Of a DNA stretch of 64,000 nucleotides, positions 1 through 10,007 are shown piece by piece (the stretch's first letter is position 1; every line of letters starts with the position of its first letter). The notes under the pieces are model-generated. The model saw only the letters and a program-made list of their open reading frames with translations, did no database searches and was not told the origin of the DNA. The position numbers and the translations under genes were made by a program. Origin of the DNA: an uncultured Conexibacteraceae bacterium (GTDB taxonomy: Bacteria > Actinomycetota > Thermoleophilia > Solirubrobacterales > Solirubrobacteraceae); NCBI GenBank assembly GCA_963848435.1, contig CAWKDQ010000011.1, forward strand, positions 580,418 to 644,417, read 5' to 3'.

Positions 1-884
1 TGCCCGCGATCTCCGATCTCAGCCTGTCCGCCTCCGGCAAGGTCCGCGAGATCTACGACCTCGGCGACGAGCTGTTGATCGTCGCCTCCGACCGCATCTC
101 CACCTACGACGCCGTGCACCCGACCCTGATTCCGGACAAGGGCGCGGTGCTCACCGCGATCTCCACGTTCTGGTTCGAGCAGACCGCGAACCTCGTTCCA
201 AACCACCTGGTGTCCGTGACCGACGGCGTGCCAGACGAGGTGCGTGGCCGTGCAATGGTGGTTCGGAGGCTGACGATGCTGCCGGTGGAGGCCGTGGTGC
301 GCGGCTACATCACCGGCTCGGGATGGACCGACTATCAGCGCAGCGGGACGGTCTCCGGCGTCCCACTTCCGCAGGGCCTGCGCGAGTCCGACCAGCTGCC
401 GGTACCGATCTTCACACCGTCGACAAAGGCCGACGTCGGACATGACCAGGCGATCGATCTGCAGCACGCCGCCGAGCTGCTCGGGGATCGTGAGCTGACC
501 GAGCGCGTGCGCGACGTCGCGATCTCGATCTACAGGTTCGCCGCCGAGCGCGCGCGATCCTGCGGGGTCATCCTCGCCGACACCAAGTTCGAGTTCGGGC
601 TCGACGCCGATGGCGTGCTGACTCTGGGTGATGAGGCCTGCACACCCGATTCGTCGCGCTTCTGGCCGGTCGACGGCTACGAACCCGGCCACGCTCAGCC
701 GAGCTTCGACAAGCAGTTCGTGCGCGATTGGGCCTCGTCGACCGGCTGGGACAAGCTGCCGCCGGCGCCTCAGATCCCGCAGGACGTTGTCACTCGCACG
801 CGCGAGAAGTATGTGGAGGCCTGCGAGCGCATCACCGGCTGTTCGTTCGCGGATTGGGCCGCACGGACCGGGATGAGCGCATGA
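1..884 (+). CDS. purC: SAICAR synthase (phosphoribosylaminoimidazole-succinocarboxamide synthase); 5' end cut by the window edge
   Basis: The frame is open from nt 3 and translates as PAISDLSLSASGKVREIYDLGDELLIVASDRISTYD, a PurC N-terminus. The listed ORF 75..884 begins at an internal TTG. Confidence 0.9.
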   Translation, partial: PAISDLSLSASGKVREIYDLGDELLIVASDRISTYDAVHPTLIPDKGAVLTAISTFWFEQTANLVPNHLVSVTDGVPDEVRGRAMVVRRLTMLPVEAVVRGYITGSGWTDYQRSGTVSGVPLPQGLRESDQLPVPIFTPSTKADVGHDQAIDLQHAAELLGDRELTERVRDVAISIYRFAAERARSCGVILADTKFEFGLDADGVLTLGDEACTPDSSRFWPVDGYEPGHAQPSFDKQFVRDWASSTGWDKLPPAPQIPQDVVTRTREKYVEACERITGCSFADWAARTGMSA

Positions 885-924
885 TCGCGGGCCTGATCTG
901 GATCCGAGTGGAGACCACCCTCTG

Positions 925-1149
925 ATGCGGGCGCTCGTGTTGATCCGGCCCAAGGCCGGCATCCTCGATCCTCAGGGCCAGGTCGTCGAGCGGGCATTGC
1001 CCGCGCTGGGCTTCACCGGCGTATCCAACGTCCACGTCGGCCGCCTGGTCGAGCTTGACGTGGAGGACGTCGCGCAACTTCCCTCGATGTGTGAGCGCCT
1101 CCTGGCAAATCCGCTGATCGAGGACTACGAGATCATCGAGAGCGCGTGA
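925..1149 (+). CDS. purS: FGAM synthase subunit PurS
   Basis: 74-aa protein (MRALVLIRPKAGILDPQG...) placed between purC and purQ. Its stop overlaps the purQ start. Confidence 0.88.
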   Translation: MRALVLIRPKAGILDPQGQVVERALPALGFTGVSNVHVGRLVELDVEDVAQLPSMCERLLANPLIEDYEIIESA

Positions 1150-1796
1150 AGTTCGGCGTCATCAGCTTCCCCGGGACATGTGACGACGTCGACGCTCAGC
1201 TCGCCGCGCAGCGGGTCGCCGAGGCGGTATTGCTGTGGCATCGAGATCGCGATCTGCAGGGTGTCGACGCCGTGATCGTCCCCGGAGGCTTCTCGTATGG
1301 CGACTACCTGCGTGCCGGGGCGATCGCCCGCTTCGCACCCGTGATGGAGTCGGTCATCGAGTTCGCCAACGAGGGCGGACTTGTTCTGGGTATCTGCAAC
1401 GGCTTCCAGGTGCTGTGCGAGTGCGGGCTTCTGCCCGGCGCCCTGCTGGTCAACGATCACCTCAAGTTCGTCTTCCGGCAGGTCACGCTCGACGTCGTCG
1501 ACCACAACACGCCCTTCACTCGCGACTGCCCGCCGACTCTCTCGATTCCGGTCAAGCACACGACCGGGCGCTATTACTCGCCAGAGCCCGTTCAGGTGGT
1601 CCTGCGGTACGCGTCCGGCCAGAACCCCAACGGCTCGCAGGAGGACATCGCAGGCGTCGTCAACAACGCCGGCAACGTCTTCGGTCTGATGCCGCATCCC
1701 GAGCACGCCGTTGATCCGCTGACCGGGTCGGCCGACGGGTTGACGATCTTCGAATCGATTCACGCGGCCGTGGGCGAGCGTGTGCGGGTAGGGTGA
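1146..1796 (+). CDS. purQ: FGAM synthase glutamine amidotransferase subunit PurQ
   Basis: GATase motifs GICNGFQ and MPHPEH. The GTG start overlaps the purS stop (GTGA). Confidence 0.93.
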   Translation: MKFGVISFPGTCDDVDAQLAAQRVAEAVLLWHRDRDLQGVDAVIVPGGFSYGDYLRAGAIARFAPVMESVIEFANEGGLVLGICNGFQVLCECGLLPGALLVNDHLKFVFRQVTLDVVDHNTPFTRDCPPTLSIPVKHTTGRYYSPEPVQVVLRYASGQNPNGSQEDIAGVVNNAGNVFGLMPHPEHAVDPLTGSADGLTIFESIHAAVGERVRVG

Positions 1797-1806
1797 GAAC
1801 AGGCAG

Positions 1807-4026
1807 ATGAGTACCGCCGACGCTCAGCCAAAGCATCGCGAGCTCGGTCTGACCGACCACGAGTACGAGCTGATCGTCGACGGCCTCGGCCGTGCGCCCG
1901 GGGACGTCGAGCTGGCGATGCTGTCGCTCATGTGGTCCGAACACTGCGCCTATAAGCACTCCAAGAAGTTGCTTGCGCGGCTCCCGACCGCGGGACGGCA
2001 CGTGCTCGTCGGACCTGGCGAGAACGCGGGCGCCGTCGACGTCGGCGACGGGCTGGCCGTGGCCTTCAAGGTCGAGTCTCACAATCACCCGAGCGCGGTC
2101 GAACCCTTCCAGGGGGCCGCAACCGGTGTTGGCGGCATTCTGCGCGACATCTTCGCCGTCGGCGCGCGGCCGATAGCGGTGCTCGACAGCCTGCGCTTCG
2201 GCGAGCCCGCAGGCTCGCCCCGCTCGCGCTACCTGCTGGAGCACGCTGTCGCCGGAATCGGGCATTACGGCAACTCGATCGGGGTGCCGACGATCGGCGG
2301 CGAGATCTACTTCGAGTCGAGCTACGAGCAGAACTGCCTGATCAACGCGATGGCGGTTGGCCTCGCACCGCACGACCGACTCACAAGTGCTGCGGCGGCC
2401 GGCGTCGGCAATCTCGTGATCCTGTTCGGCGCGCGCACTGGCCGCGATGGGATCGGCGGCGCCTCCGTACTGGCGAGCGCGGAACTGGTCGGTAGCGACG
2501 GCGGCGACGAATCCAAGCGCCCCACCGTGCAGATCGGCGACCCGTTCGCGGAGAAGAAGCTGATGGAATGCAGTCTCGAGCTGCTCGACCGGCAGCTGCT
2601 CGCCTCGCTGCAGGACCTCGGCGCCGCCGGTCTGACCTCGTCCGCCTCCGAAATGGCGAGCAAGGGCGGCGTCGGTCTGGACATCGACGTCGCGCAGGTC
2701 CCGTTGCGGGAGCCTGACATGGAGCCGTTCGAGATCATGGTTTCGGAGTCTCAGGAGCGCATGCTCTGCGTAGTCGAGCCCTACGACGTCGCGGCCGTGC
2801 TCGACGTCTGTGAGAAGTGGGAGGTCCTCGCCAGCGTGATCGGCGAGGTCACCGATGGTGGCAGGGGGCGGGCGGGCGGGAACCTCTTCCGCATATTGCG
2901 CGACGGCGAGGTCGTCGGCGAGCTGCCGGTGCGGCTGCTGGTCGACGACTGCCCCCTCTACGACCTCGAGCCGGAGCCGCCCGCGGTGCCGCTGTACGAC
3001 GGCGGCGAACCGCAAGTCGCCGCCGGAGCTGAGCCGGCCGAGGTGCTGCTGGCGTTGCTCGCGAGCGCCAACATCGCGTCGCGGCGGGTGGTGTTCGAGC
3101 AGTACGACCCGGTTGTGCAGTCACGTACCGTCCGTCGGCCCGAGCAGGCCGACGCGGCTGTGCTGGCGCTGCCCGTGCTCGCCGCCGACAACGGCGCCGG
3201 CGGCGATCCAATCCCAGGGATCGCGGTGTCGATCGATGGCAACGGCAGGCGCGTCGCGGTTGATCCGCGCGCCGGAGCTGCCGAGGTGGTGTACGAGTGC
3301 GCCGCCAACCTCGCCTGCGTCGGCGCCGAGCCCCTCGGCCTCACCAACTGCCTCAACTTCGGCAATCCGGAGAAACCCCACGTTGCCTGGCAGCTGAGCG
3401 AGGCGGTCGACGGTCTGGCCCTCGCCTGCCGAGAGCTGGACGTGCCCGTCGTCAGCGGCAACGTCTCCCTCTACAACGAATCGCCGGACGGCCCGATTCT
3501 GCCGACGCCGGTGATCGGGATGGTCGGCCGGCTTCCGGAGGTGCGCCGAGCCGGACGGCTCGGGTGGGCGAACACCGGCGACCAGATAGCGCTGGTCGGC
3601 GGCTTCAATCCGTCTCGCGACGGCTCGGAGATCGCGAAGTTGTACGGCAGCGCGCCCGCTGGCGCACTGCCTGCCAAGGATGCCTCAGCAATACGCGAGG
3701 CACACGCGACTGTGCGCAACGGGGTGCGGGACGGCACGCTCAGCAGCGCCCATGACATCGCCGAGGGGGGTATCGCGGTCGCACTGGCGGAGTGCTGCAT
3801 CGCCTCCGGTCTCGGCGCTGAGGTGACGCTGCCCGGCGGACTCGATCCCTTTGGCGAGGATCTCGGCACCGCGTTCATCGTCAGCGGCGCGCCGGGGGCG
3901 CTTGCCGGCCTCGAGATCATCGGTGAGGTCGGTGGTGGAGAACTGGTGATTACCGGTCTTCTGAGCGTGCCCCTGCCCGAGCTGACCACCGCTCATGCGG
4001 GCGGACTGTCCTCGCTGCTCAACTGA
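1807..4026 (+). CDS. purL: FGAM synthase subunit PurL (small PurL type)
   Basis: 739 aa with MWSEHCAYKHSK and ESHNHPS motifs, in operon context. Confidence 0.95.
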   Translation: MSTADAQPKHRELGLTDHEYELIVDGLGRAPGDVELAMLSLMWSEHCAYKHSKKLLARLPTAGRHVLVGPGENAGAVDVGDGLAVAFKVESHNHPSAVEPFQGAATGVGGILRDIFAVGARPIAVLDSLRFGEPAGSPRSRYLLEHAVAGIGHYGNSIGVPTIGGEIYFESSYEQNCLINAMAVGLAPHDRLTSAAAAGVGNLVILFGARTGRDGIGGASVLASAELVGSDGGDESKRPTVQIGDPFAEKKLMECSLELLDRQLLASLQDLGAAGLTSSASEMASKGGVGLDIDVAQVPLREPDMEPFEIMVSESQERMLCVVEPYDVAAVLDVCEKWEVLASVIGEVTDGGRGRAGGNLFRILRDGEVVGELPVRLLVDDCPLYDLEPEPPAVPLYDGGEPQVAAGAEPAEVLLALLASANIASRRVVFEQYDPVVQSRTVRRPEQADAAVLALPVLAADNGAGGDPIPGIAVSIDGNGRRVAVDPRAGAAEVVYECAANLACVGAEPLGLTNCLNFGNPEKPHVAWQLSEAVDGLALACRELDVPVVSGNVSLYNESPDGPILPTPVIGMVGRLPEVRRAGRLGWANTGDQIALVGGFNPSRDGSEIAKLYGSAPAGALPAKDASAIREAHATVRNGVRDGTLSSAHDIAEGGIAVALAECCIASGLGAEVTLPGGLDPFGEDLGTAFIVSGAPGALAGLEIIGEVGGGELVITGLLSVPLPELTTAHAGGLSSLLN

Positions 4027-4062
4027 GGACCGATCCCCACCCGGGCTATGCCCTAAGCTCGG

Positions 4063-5535
4063 GTGGCGGTGCAAACACCGGTGTCCACGCCCATCGTTGA
4101 ACGTGACGGACCGCATGACGAGTGCGGAGTCTTCGGCATATACGCGCCGGGTTCGGAGGTTGCGCGGCTCACCTACTTCGGTCTCTATGCGCTCCAGCAC
4201 CGCGGGCAGGAGTCGGCCGGGATCGCGGTCGCGCCGCTGGGCGGCTCGATCATGGGCACGCGCGAGCAGGGGCTCGTCTCGCAGGTCTTCGATGAGCACA
4301 AGCTGCGATCGCTGGTCGGCGACCTCGCGATCGGACACGTCCGCTACTCGACCACCGGTTCGTCCGAATGGGAGAACGCGCAGCCGATCGTCCGCGATGA
4401 CCACCGCACGCTGGCGCTCGCTCACAACGGCAACCTGATCAACGCCGTGGAGCTGCACGGCGAGCTGCGTGGCCGCGACATTCGCTTCAGCTCGACGTCC
4501 GACTCCGAGATCATCGCCGCGCTGCTCGCGACCCACCCGGCCGACACGATCGAGCAGGCCGTCGCGGAGGTCCTGCCAAGGCTGCAGGGCGCCTTCTCAA
4601 CGGTCGTGATGACGGAGGAGAAGGTCGTCGCCTTCCGCGATCCGCACGGCCTGCGGCCGCTTGCACTGGGCGTGATCGCAGACTCCGAGGGTGGCGGTGA
4701 GGTGTACTGCGTGGCCAGCGAATCGTGCGCGTTCGACCTGATCGGAGCCCGCTACGTGCGCGATGTCCTGCCCGGCGAGGTGGTCACGATCGACGCTGAC
4801 GGAATCCATTCGCAGCTGGTCAGGGGCGGTGAGCGCCATGCCTTCTGCGTGTTCGAGTACATCTACTTCGCGCGCCCGGATTCGCTGATGGGCGGCCACC
4901 GGCTGCAGGTGTCACGCGCGAGAATGGGGGAGATCCTCTGGCGCGAGGCGCCGGTTGAGGCTGACCTTGTGATCGCGATCCCGGACTCCGGCAACGCCGC
5001 CGCGCGCGGTCTTGCACGCGTCTCGGGGATCCCCCAGGACGACGGCTTCATCAAGAATCGCTACGTCGCGCGCACATTCATCCAGCCCGGCCAGCAGCTG
5101 CGCAAGCACGGTCTGCGCCTCAAGTTCAACCCGCTGCCCGAGGTGGTCTCCGGCAAGCGCCTGATCGTGGTCGACGACTCGATCGTGCGCGGCAACACGA
5201 TGCCGCAGATCGTGCAGATGCTGCGAGAGGCGGGAGCCGCTGAGATTCATCTGCGGATCAGCTCGCCGCCGATCAAGCACCCCTGCCATTACGGGATCGA
5301 CATGTCAACGCGCGAGGAGATGGTCGCGCATGAACGTTCGGTCGAAGAGGTGTGCGCGGTGATCGGCGCCGACTCGCTTCACTACCTTTCGTTGGAGGGG
5401 GTCTACGACGCCGTCCGCGGTCAGCGCTCGATGCACTGCGACGCCTGTTTCAGCGGCGAGTATCCGCTCGCCGGCACCGAGGGTTCCGGCGGTAAGTTCG
5501 CCCTGGAGCGCGCACCGCTGCCGCTGGCGTCATGA
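4063..5535 (+). CDS. purF: Amidophosphoribosyltransferase
   Basis: N-terminal ECGVFGIY catalytic Cys and a PRTase motif (LIVVDDSIVRGNT). Confidence 0.95.
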   Translation: MAVQTPVSTPIVERDGPHDECGVFGIYAPGSEVARLTYFGLYALQHRGQESAGIAVAPLGGSIMGTREQGLVSQVFDEHKLRSLVGDLAIGHVRYSTTGSSEWENAQPIVRDDHRTLALAHNGNLINAVELHGELRGRDIRFSSTSDSEIIAALLATHPADTIEQAVAEVLPRLQGAFSTVVMTEEKVVAFRDPHGLRPLALGVIADSEGGGEVYCVASESCAFDLIGARYVRDVLPGEVVTIDADGIHSQLVRGGERHAFCVFEYIYFARPDSLMGGHRLQVSRARMGEILWREAPVEADLVIAIPDSGNAAARGLARVSGIPQDDGFIKNRYVARTFIQPGQQLRKHGLRLKFNPLPEVVSGKRLIVVDDSIVRGNTMPQIVQMLREAGAAEIHLRISSPPIKHPCHYGIDMSTREEMVAHERSVEEVCAVIGADSLHYLSLEGVYDAVRGQRSMHCDACFSGEYPLAGTEGSGGKFALERAPLPLAS

Positions 5536-6170
5536 GTGCCGATAGTGCTCTGAGGGTTGGCGTGCTCGCGTCGGGCCGGGGCACGAACCTGCAGGCCCTG
5601 CTGGACCAGGTTCACGGTCGCGACGGTATCCAGATCGTCGCGCTCGCAACTGACCACGCCGAAGCGCTGGCGCTCGAGCGCGCCCAGGCGGCTGGGATAC
5701 CGACCGCCGTGTTCGAGCGCTCCGCCTACGCGGGCGATCGCCTTGCGCGCGACCTGGCGATGGCCGACTGGCTCCGCGAGCAGGCGACGCAACTCGTGGT
5801 GATGGCCGGCTACATGCAGGTCGTCACCGAGGAGATCCTCGACCGCTTCCCGGACGCCGTGATCAACATCCATCCGTCGCTGTTACCGGCGTTCCCCGGT
5901 ATCGACGCGGTCGATCAGGCGCTTGCCTACGGCGTCAAGATCTTCGGGGTGACAGTGCATTTCGCGGACCGCGGCATCGACACGGGGCCCGTGATCATGC
6001 AGCGCTCCGTCGAACTGCCGGACGCGCGCCAACCTGACGACGTCTGGCCGCAACTTCACGCGATCGAGCATCAGATACTGCCCGAGGTGGTACGGCTGTT
6101 CGCCCGTGGGGAGGTGCGCGTCGCGTCCACCCACGCGCGACGTGTCCTGCTCGGTCCCAGAGATGGTTGA
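5532..6170 (+). CDS. purN: Phosphoribosylglycinamide formyltransferase
   Basis: VLASGRGTNLQAL and NIHPSLLPAFPG motifs. The ATGA overlaps the purF stop. Confidence 0.9.
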   Translation: MSADSALRVGVLASGRGTNLQALLDQVHGRDGIQIVALATDHAEALALERAQAAGIPTAVFERSAYAGDRLARDLAMADWLREQATQLVVMAGYMQVVTEEILDRFPDAVINIHPSLLPAFPGIDAVDQALAYGVKIFGVTVHFADRGIDTGPVIMQRSVELPDARQPDDVWPQLHAIEHQILPEVVRLFARGEVRVASTHARRVLLGPRDG

Positions 6171-6231
6171 TCCGTCGGCGCGGAAGGACGCTGTGGAGAG
6201 CCGCTTGCCGGGCCTGTAGAGTCGGATTCAC

Positions 6232-7827
6232 ATGGCAACAGAGACGAACGCGGAGCAGTCGCTGCAGGCTTCCGCGCCGGGTGAGGTGAGGGTCGCTCGG
6301 GCGCTGCTGTCGGTTTCCGACAAGACCGGGATCGTCGAGTTCGCCGGCGGGCTCGTGGAGCTCGGGATCGAGATCGTCTCGACCGGCGGCACGGCTCGGG
6401 AGCTCGCCGACGCCGGTATACCTACGCGGTCGATCACCGACCTGACCGGCTTTCCGGAGATCATGGACGGTCGCGTCAAGACGCTGCATCCGAAGCTGTA
6501 CGCGAGCCTGCTCGCAGTTCGTGACGACCAGGCTCATCTCGACGCCGCAGCCGCGCACGATGTCGAGCCCGTCGACCTCGTATGCGTGAACCTCTATCCG
6601 TTCGAGCGCACGGCTGCGACCCGTGGTGTCAGCGACGCAGAGGTGATCGAGGACATCGACATCGGCGGTCCGACGATGATCCGAGCGGCAGCCAAGAACT
6701 TCAGGTTTGCCGCTCCGGTCGTGAGCCCTGCCATGTATGACGCGGTCCTCGAGGAGCTGCGCGGTTCCGAACGGCGGCTGTCGCTGCAGACGCGCGAGAG
6801 CCTCGCGGCCGAGGCATTCGCGTACACGGCTCGTTACGACAGCGCCATCACACGCTGGTTCCAGGAGAAGCACGAGGACTTCCCGCCGCTGATGGTGCGT
6901 GCCTTCGAGCGCCAGCTGGAACTGCCCTATGGCGAGAATCCGCACCAGCGTGCCGCCTTCTACACCCAGGTCGGCGCACGGTCTCATGTGCTCTCACAGG
7001 TGGCGCAGCTGGCCGGCAAGGAGCTGTCGTTCAACAACCTGCTCGACCTCGACTCAGCGCGGCAGCTGCTGGCCGAGTTCGTGGTGCCCGCCTGTGTGAT
7101 CGTCAAGCACAACAATCCGTGCGGCGTCGCTGTCGGCGCCACCACGCTCGAGGCCTACCAGCGGGCTTATGCCTGCGACCCGACGTCGGCGTTCGGCGGC
7201 GTGATCGTGCTGAACCGCCGTGTCAACCGGGCCACGGCCGCCGCGATCCACAACCAGTTCGTCGAGGTGGTGCTCGCGCGCGGCTACGACGACGATGCAC
7301 TTGAGCTGTTCGCCGACAAGCCCAACGTGCGGATCCTCGATGATCGTGAGCGCCGTCTCGATGTGGTGCTCGAGCCCTCGATCCGGCAGGTGATCGGCGG
7401 CGTCCTTGTTCAGGACCGCGACTCCTCCAACGAGGACCGCGAGGAGATGCAGGTCGTGTCCGATCGCCGCCCGACCGAGGAGGAGTGGTCGCAGCTGCTG
7501 TTCGCGTGGCGCGTCTGCAAGCACGTCAAGTCCAATGCGATCGTGCTGGCCACCGACGGCGCCACGATCGGTCTTGGCGCCGGCCAGATGAGCCGCGTCG
7601 ATTCGGTCCGGATCGCTATCGAGAAGGCGCAGGTCCCGGTCGCCGGCGCGGTCCTGGCGTCCGACGCCTACTTCCCGTTCGCGGACGGACCTGAGATCGC
7701 TCTCGAACACGGGGTCAGTGCGATCATCCAGCCGGGCGGCTCTGTGCGCGACCCGCAGGTCGTCGAGGTCGTCGACCGTGCCGGCGCAGCGATGGTGTTC
7801 ACCAATCGCCGCCACTTCCGTCACTAG
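6232..7827 (+). CDS. purH: Bifunctional AICAR transformylase / IMP cyclohydrolase
   Basis: 531 aa with RALLSVSDKTG, VCVNLYPFE and KHNNPCG motifs. Confidence 0.95.
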   Translation: MATETNAEQSLQASAPGEVRVARALLSVSDKTGIVEFAGGLVELGIEIVSTGGTARELADAGIPTRSITDLTGFPEIMDGRVKTLHPKLYASLLAVRDDQAHLDAAAAHDVEPVDLVCVNLYPFERTAATRGVSDAEVIEDIDIGGPTMIRAAAKNFRFAAPVVSPAMYDAVLEELRGSERRLSLQTRESLAAEAFAYTARYDSAITRWFQEKHEDFPPLMVRAFERQLELPYGENPHQRAAFYTQVGARSHVLSQVAQLAGKELSFNNLLDLDSARQLLAEFVVPACVIVKHNNPCGVAVGATTLEAYQRAYACDPTSAFGGVIVLNRRVNRATAAAIHNQFVEVVLARGYDDDALELFADKPNVRILDDRERRLDVVLEPSIRQVIGGVLVQDRDSSNEDREEMQVVSDRRPTEEEWSQLLFAWRVCKHVKSNAIVLATDGATIGLGAGQMSRVDSVRIAIEKAQVPVAGAVLASDAYFPFADGPEIALEHGVSAIIQPGGSVRDPQVVEVVDRAGAAMVFTNRRHFRH

Positions 7828-7853
7828 ACGCCCGCACCTGGCGAGCACCCTCA

Positions 7854-8303
7854 GTGTCATCCGATCCGTCCCATGGTCAGCCGCCCGAGCGCCGGGGACC
7901 GCGCAGCGGGCAGCACCGGATCGAGCGGCTCGGAGGGGACCCGCCGTCGCCCTTCGAGGCGCCGATCGGCTTCTCCCGAGTGGTGGTGGCGGGGCCGTGG
8001 GTGCTGCTCGGCGGCACGACCTCCGTCGACCCGAGCGGCTTCGTCTTCGGCGAGACCCCCTACGAGCAGGCGGCCGAGATCCTTCGCAAGCTCCTGCATG
8101 AGCTCGGTCGAACCGGACTCTGCGCCGAGGACGTGGTCCAGACACGGATCTACGTCACCGACATCTCCCGCTCCGATGAGGTCGGGCGCGCCCACGGTGA
8201 GGTCTTCGGCGACGTTCGCCCGGTCACCACGATGGTCGAGGTCTCGTGTCTGATCGACCCGCGGATGTTGGTCGAGATCGAGCTGATGGCCTTCCGGGGC
8301 TAA
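7854..8303 (+). CDS. RidA/YjgF/RutC-family protein; start uncertain
   Basis: The C-terminal 120 aa resemble the endoribonuclease L-PSP fold (QTRIYVTD...VTTMVEV...VEIE). There is no alternative start between 7854 and the conserved part. Confidence 0.65.
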   Translation: MSSDPSHGQPPERRGPRSGQHRIERLGGDPPSPFEAPIGFSRVVVAGPWVLLGGTTSVDPSGFVFGETPYEQAAEILRKLLHELGRTGLCAEDVVQTRIYVTDISRSDEVGRAHGEVFGDVRPVTTMVEVSCLIDPRMLVEIELMAFRG

Positions 8304-8342
8304 CGCCGTCCGCGCGTGTGGCTGCAATCATCACGGTCACAC

Positions 8343-8415
8343 GCCGGCGTAGCTCAGTTGGTAGAGCAGCGGACTTTTAATCCGAAGCGCCCCGGTTCGA
8401 GTCCGGGCGCCGGCA
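8343..8415 (+). tRNA. tRNA-Lys (anticodon TTT)
   Basis: Hand-folded cloverleaf: acceptor GCCGGCG/CGCCGGC, D arm GCTC-AGTTGGTA-GAGC, anticodon loop CTTTTAA, T arm CCCGG-TTCGAGT-CCGGG, discriminator A. No CCA is encoded. Confidence 0.9.
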
Positions 8416-8420
8416 CTGAA
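8373..8420. repeat. Direct repeat copy 1 (attL-like) of the tRNA-Lys insertion
   Basis: 48 bp identical to 18141..18188 (acttttaatccgaagcgccccggttcgagtccgggcgccggcactgaa). Imperfect similarity continues about 16 bp further. Confidence 0.85.
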
Positions 8421-8456
8421 GGGGCAGCAAATCAGGCTGTTCGTATTATTGGCAGG

Positions 8457-8594
8457 CGCCTTCAGCCGCCGCCAGACGGTCGCCCGCAACCGCGACGGTT
8501 CCCTCGGAACCCGATACACCAGCACCAGCCACGGCGTCGCCCGATCATCACTCACGGGCGATAGTCTGCCGCCTCGGACGGCAACGACGCACAA
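8457..8594 (-). pseudogene. 5' fragment of a ChrB-like (chromate-resistance regulator N-terminal domain) gene, truncated near the att repeat
   Basis: Translation ...TPWLVLVYRVPREPSRLRATVWRRLKA matches the ChrB N-terminal signature as I remember it. Similarity stops abruptly and the frame runs into AT-rich att-flanking sequence. Confidence 0.4.
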
Positions 8595-8912
8595 CCCTCA
8601 AACCGACCGTCCCACGTGTCGCCCGTTCGGGCGGCCAGCAGTCGCACCGCAGCACCGTCTGCAAGACAAGGAGCAACAGCCCGGCCGCGACTGAAACCTC
8701 GGGCACCGGCCCGTCGAGTTTTCCACCGCCCCCGTTAGCGGCGATCGAGAGTGCGGGAGGGGCGGGCTACATTGCGGCAGCCGGCTTCGCGGGACGGTCG
8801 AGGGCCGCCGTCCACGGATCCGCCAGCAGCGCCGTGTGTGAGTCGGCGCTCGGAGCTTGGACCATTGCCCGTCTCAGAGAATCACCTTTCCACAAGCCCG
8901 AGGAGATCAACA

Positions 8913-9218
8913 ATGGCGGCAACGCTGAAGCTCACGCACAAAGCAATCGGAGTCGAGGTCCGTCGTGGCCCCTACGACGTCGTGCTCGACGCGGAGCGTG
9001 TCGGGTCGCTCGAAATGAACGACACGTTCGAGACGCTGGTCGAACCTGGACGTCACACCCTGCAAGTCCGCAACGGCCGCAACTCCAGCCGAACCAAGAC
9101 CTTCGACGTCGCCGACGGCGAAATCACCAGCTTCCGATGCACCGGAAAGAGCTTCTTGCCGAGGTTTCTCTTGTCCTTCGTCGTTCCCAGCCTGGCACTC
9201 TCGCTCGTTCGCGAGTAG
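8913..9218 (+). CDS. Hypothetical small protein with a C-terminal hydrophobic segment
   Basis: ATG at 8913 is preceded by AGGAGA (8901..8906). The 101-aa translation looks protein-like, and the upstream part of ORF 8751..9218 looks non-coding. Confidence 0.5.
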   Translation: MAATLKLTHKAIGVEVRRGPYDVVLDAERVGSLEMNDTFETLVEPGRHTLQVRNGRNSSRTKTFDVADGEITSFRCTGKSFLPRFLLSFVVPSLALSLVRE

Positions 9219-9400
9219 CCAGCGACGCGAGGTCGCCGCCTCTGCTCGCTAGGCGCCGTCCTCGGTGGCAGTCGCCCGGCGACCCGGACAGCGGACGCGT
9301 CCTGTTGGGCGGTGGCGGGCGTGCTGCATGACGGGCGCTCGGTTCCGTGCTGCGGGTTTGCCCGGATGCGAGGACGTCCGCGTGGTGAGACGCTCGGCTG

Positions 9401-9685
9401 ATGAGCCAGAACCCCTGCTTTACCGCCGCGGAGGCGCGTGGCGCTGGCGAGCGCATCGGGATCGACTGGGCGTCATCGCGCTTTGACGTCGAGCAGTTCA
9501 GGATGGGGATGGACGTCGAGCTCGAGCACGGAACGCGCGACCTCGAGACCAACGTCACCAACGACGACGTCGCCGTTACGGCGAAGATCGCACGAGCGCA
9601 CCTGAACGAGTTTCCCGATTACTACTCCCGCCTCAGCCTCATGGAGGCCGAAGCCGAGACCTACTGGCGGGCGCACGCCGACTGA
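9401..9685 (+). CDS. Conserved small protein (DUF5661-like; ELEHG ... HLxEFPDYY motifs)
   Basis: 94 aa: GMDVELEHGTRD...AKIARAHLNEFPDYYSRL. The family name is from memory. Confidence 0.55.
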   Translation: MSQNPCFTAAEARGAGERIGIDWASSRFDVEQFRMGMDVELEHGTRDLETNVTNDDVAVTAKIARAHLNEFPDYYSRLSLMEAEAETYWRAHAD

Positions 9686-9700
9686 TCGCGTGCACGGATG

Positions 9701-10007
9701 TCAGCCGCATGGTCCTGCGGCCGCGCCCTCAAGCGTGTAGAAGGTGAACACCCGCTCCTCCCAGCCCGGGCCGGTCAGACCCTCGGTCTCCTCGGGCAGC
9801 AGCGCAGCGCCGTTGGCGACCACGAGCACGTCGTAGCCGATCGTCTCCCCGCCGACCAGATGCACGAGGTTCTCCGCCGTCTCGACCCGGTCCACCTCGG
9901 CCAACCGGAACTCGTGATCTCGGCGGCCTCTCCGAGATCCGGCGCCGCCGGTTCGCGGTCACCGTGCCGTCGGTGCCGGCCCCGAGGATCACGATGCGAT
10001 GGCGCAT
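9701..10007 (-). pseudogene. Decayed FAD-dependent pyridine nucleotide-disulfide oxidoreductase (SQR/NDH-2-like) remnant
   Basis: The Rossmann start MRHRIVILGAGTDGTVTANR (ATG at 10007) shifts frame into ...VDRVETAENLVHLVGGETIGYDVLVVANGA... About 60 aa between the two segments and the whole C-terminal half are missing. Confidence 0.5.

Noticed and set aside
1660-3015. Long ORFs antisense to well-supported genes. Examples: 1660..3015, 5995..6987, 7054..8145, 12946..14199, 22400..23749, 26362..27540, 37403..38413, 45386..46564, 50445..51557, 51547..52689 and 59454..61145 on the minus strand, and 25905..26936 on the plus strand.
   Set aside because: Their translations are Arg/Ala/Pro/Gly-rich and low-complexity, with no motifs. 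They lie fully opposite genes with clear family signatures. This is the usual open-frame artefact of high-GC DNA.
4063-6170. Absence of purM and purD between purF and purN as a possible anomaly.
   Set aside because: pur gene order varies widely and the missing genes may be elsewhere in the genome. It cannot be judged from one window.
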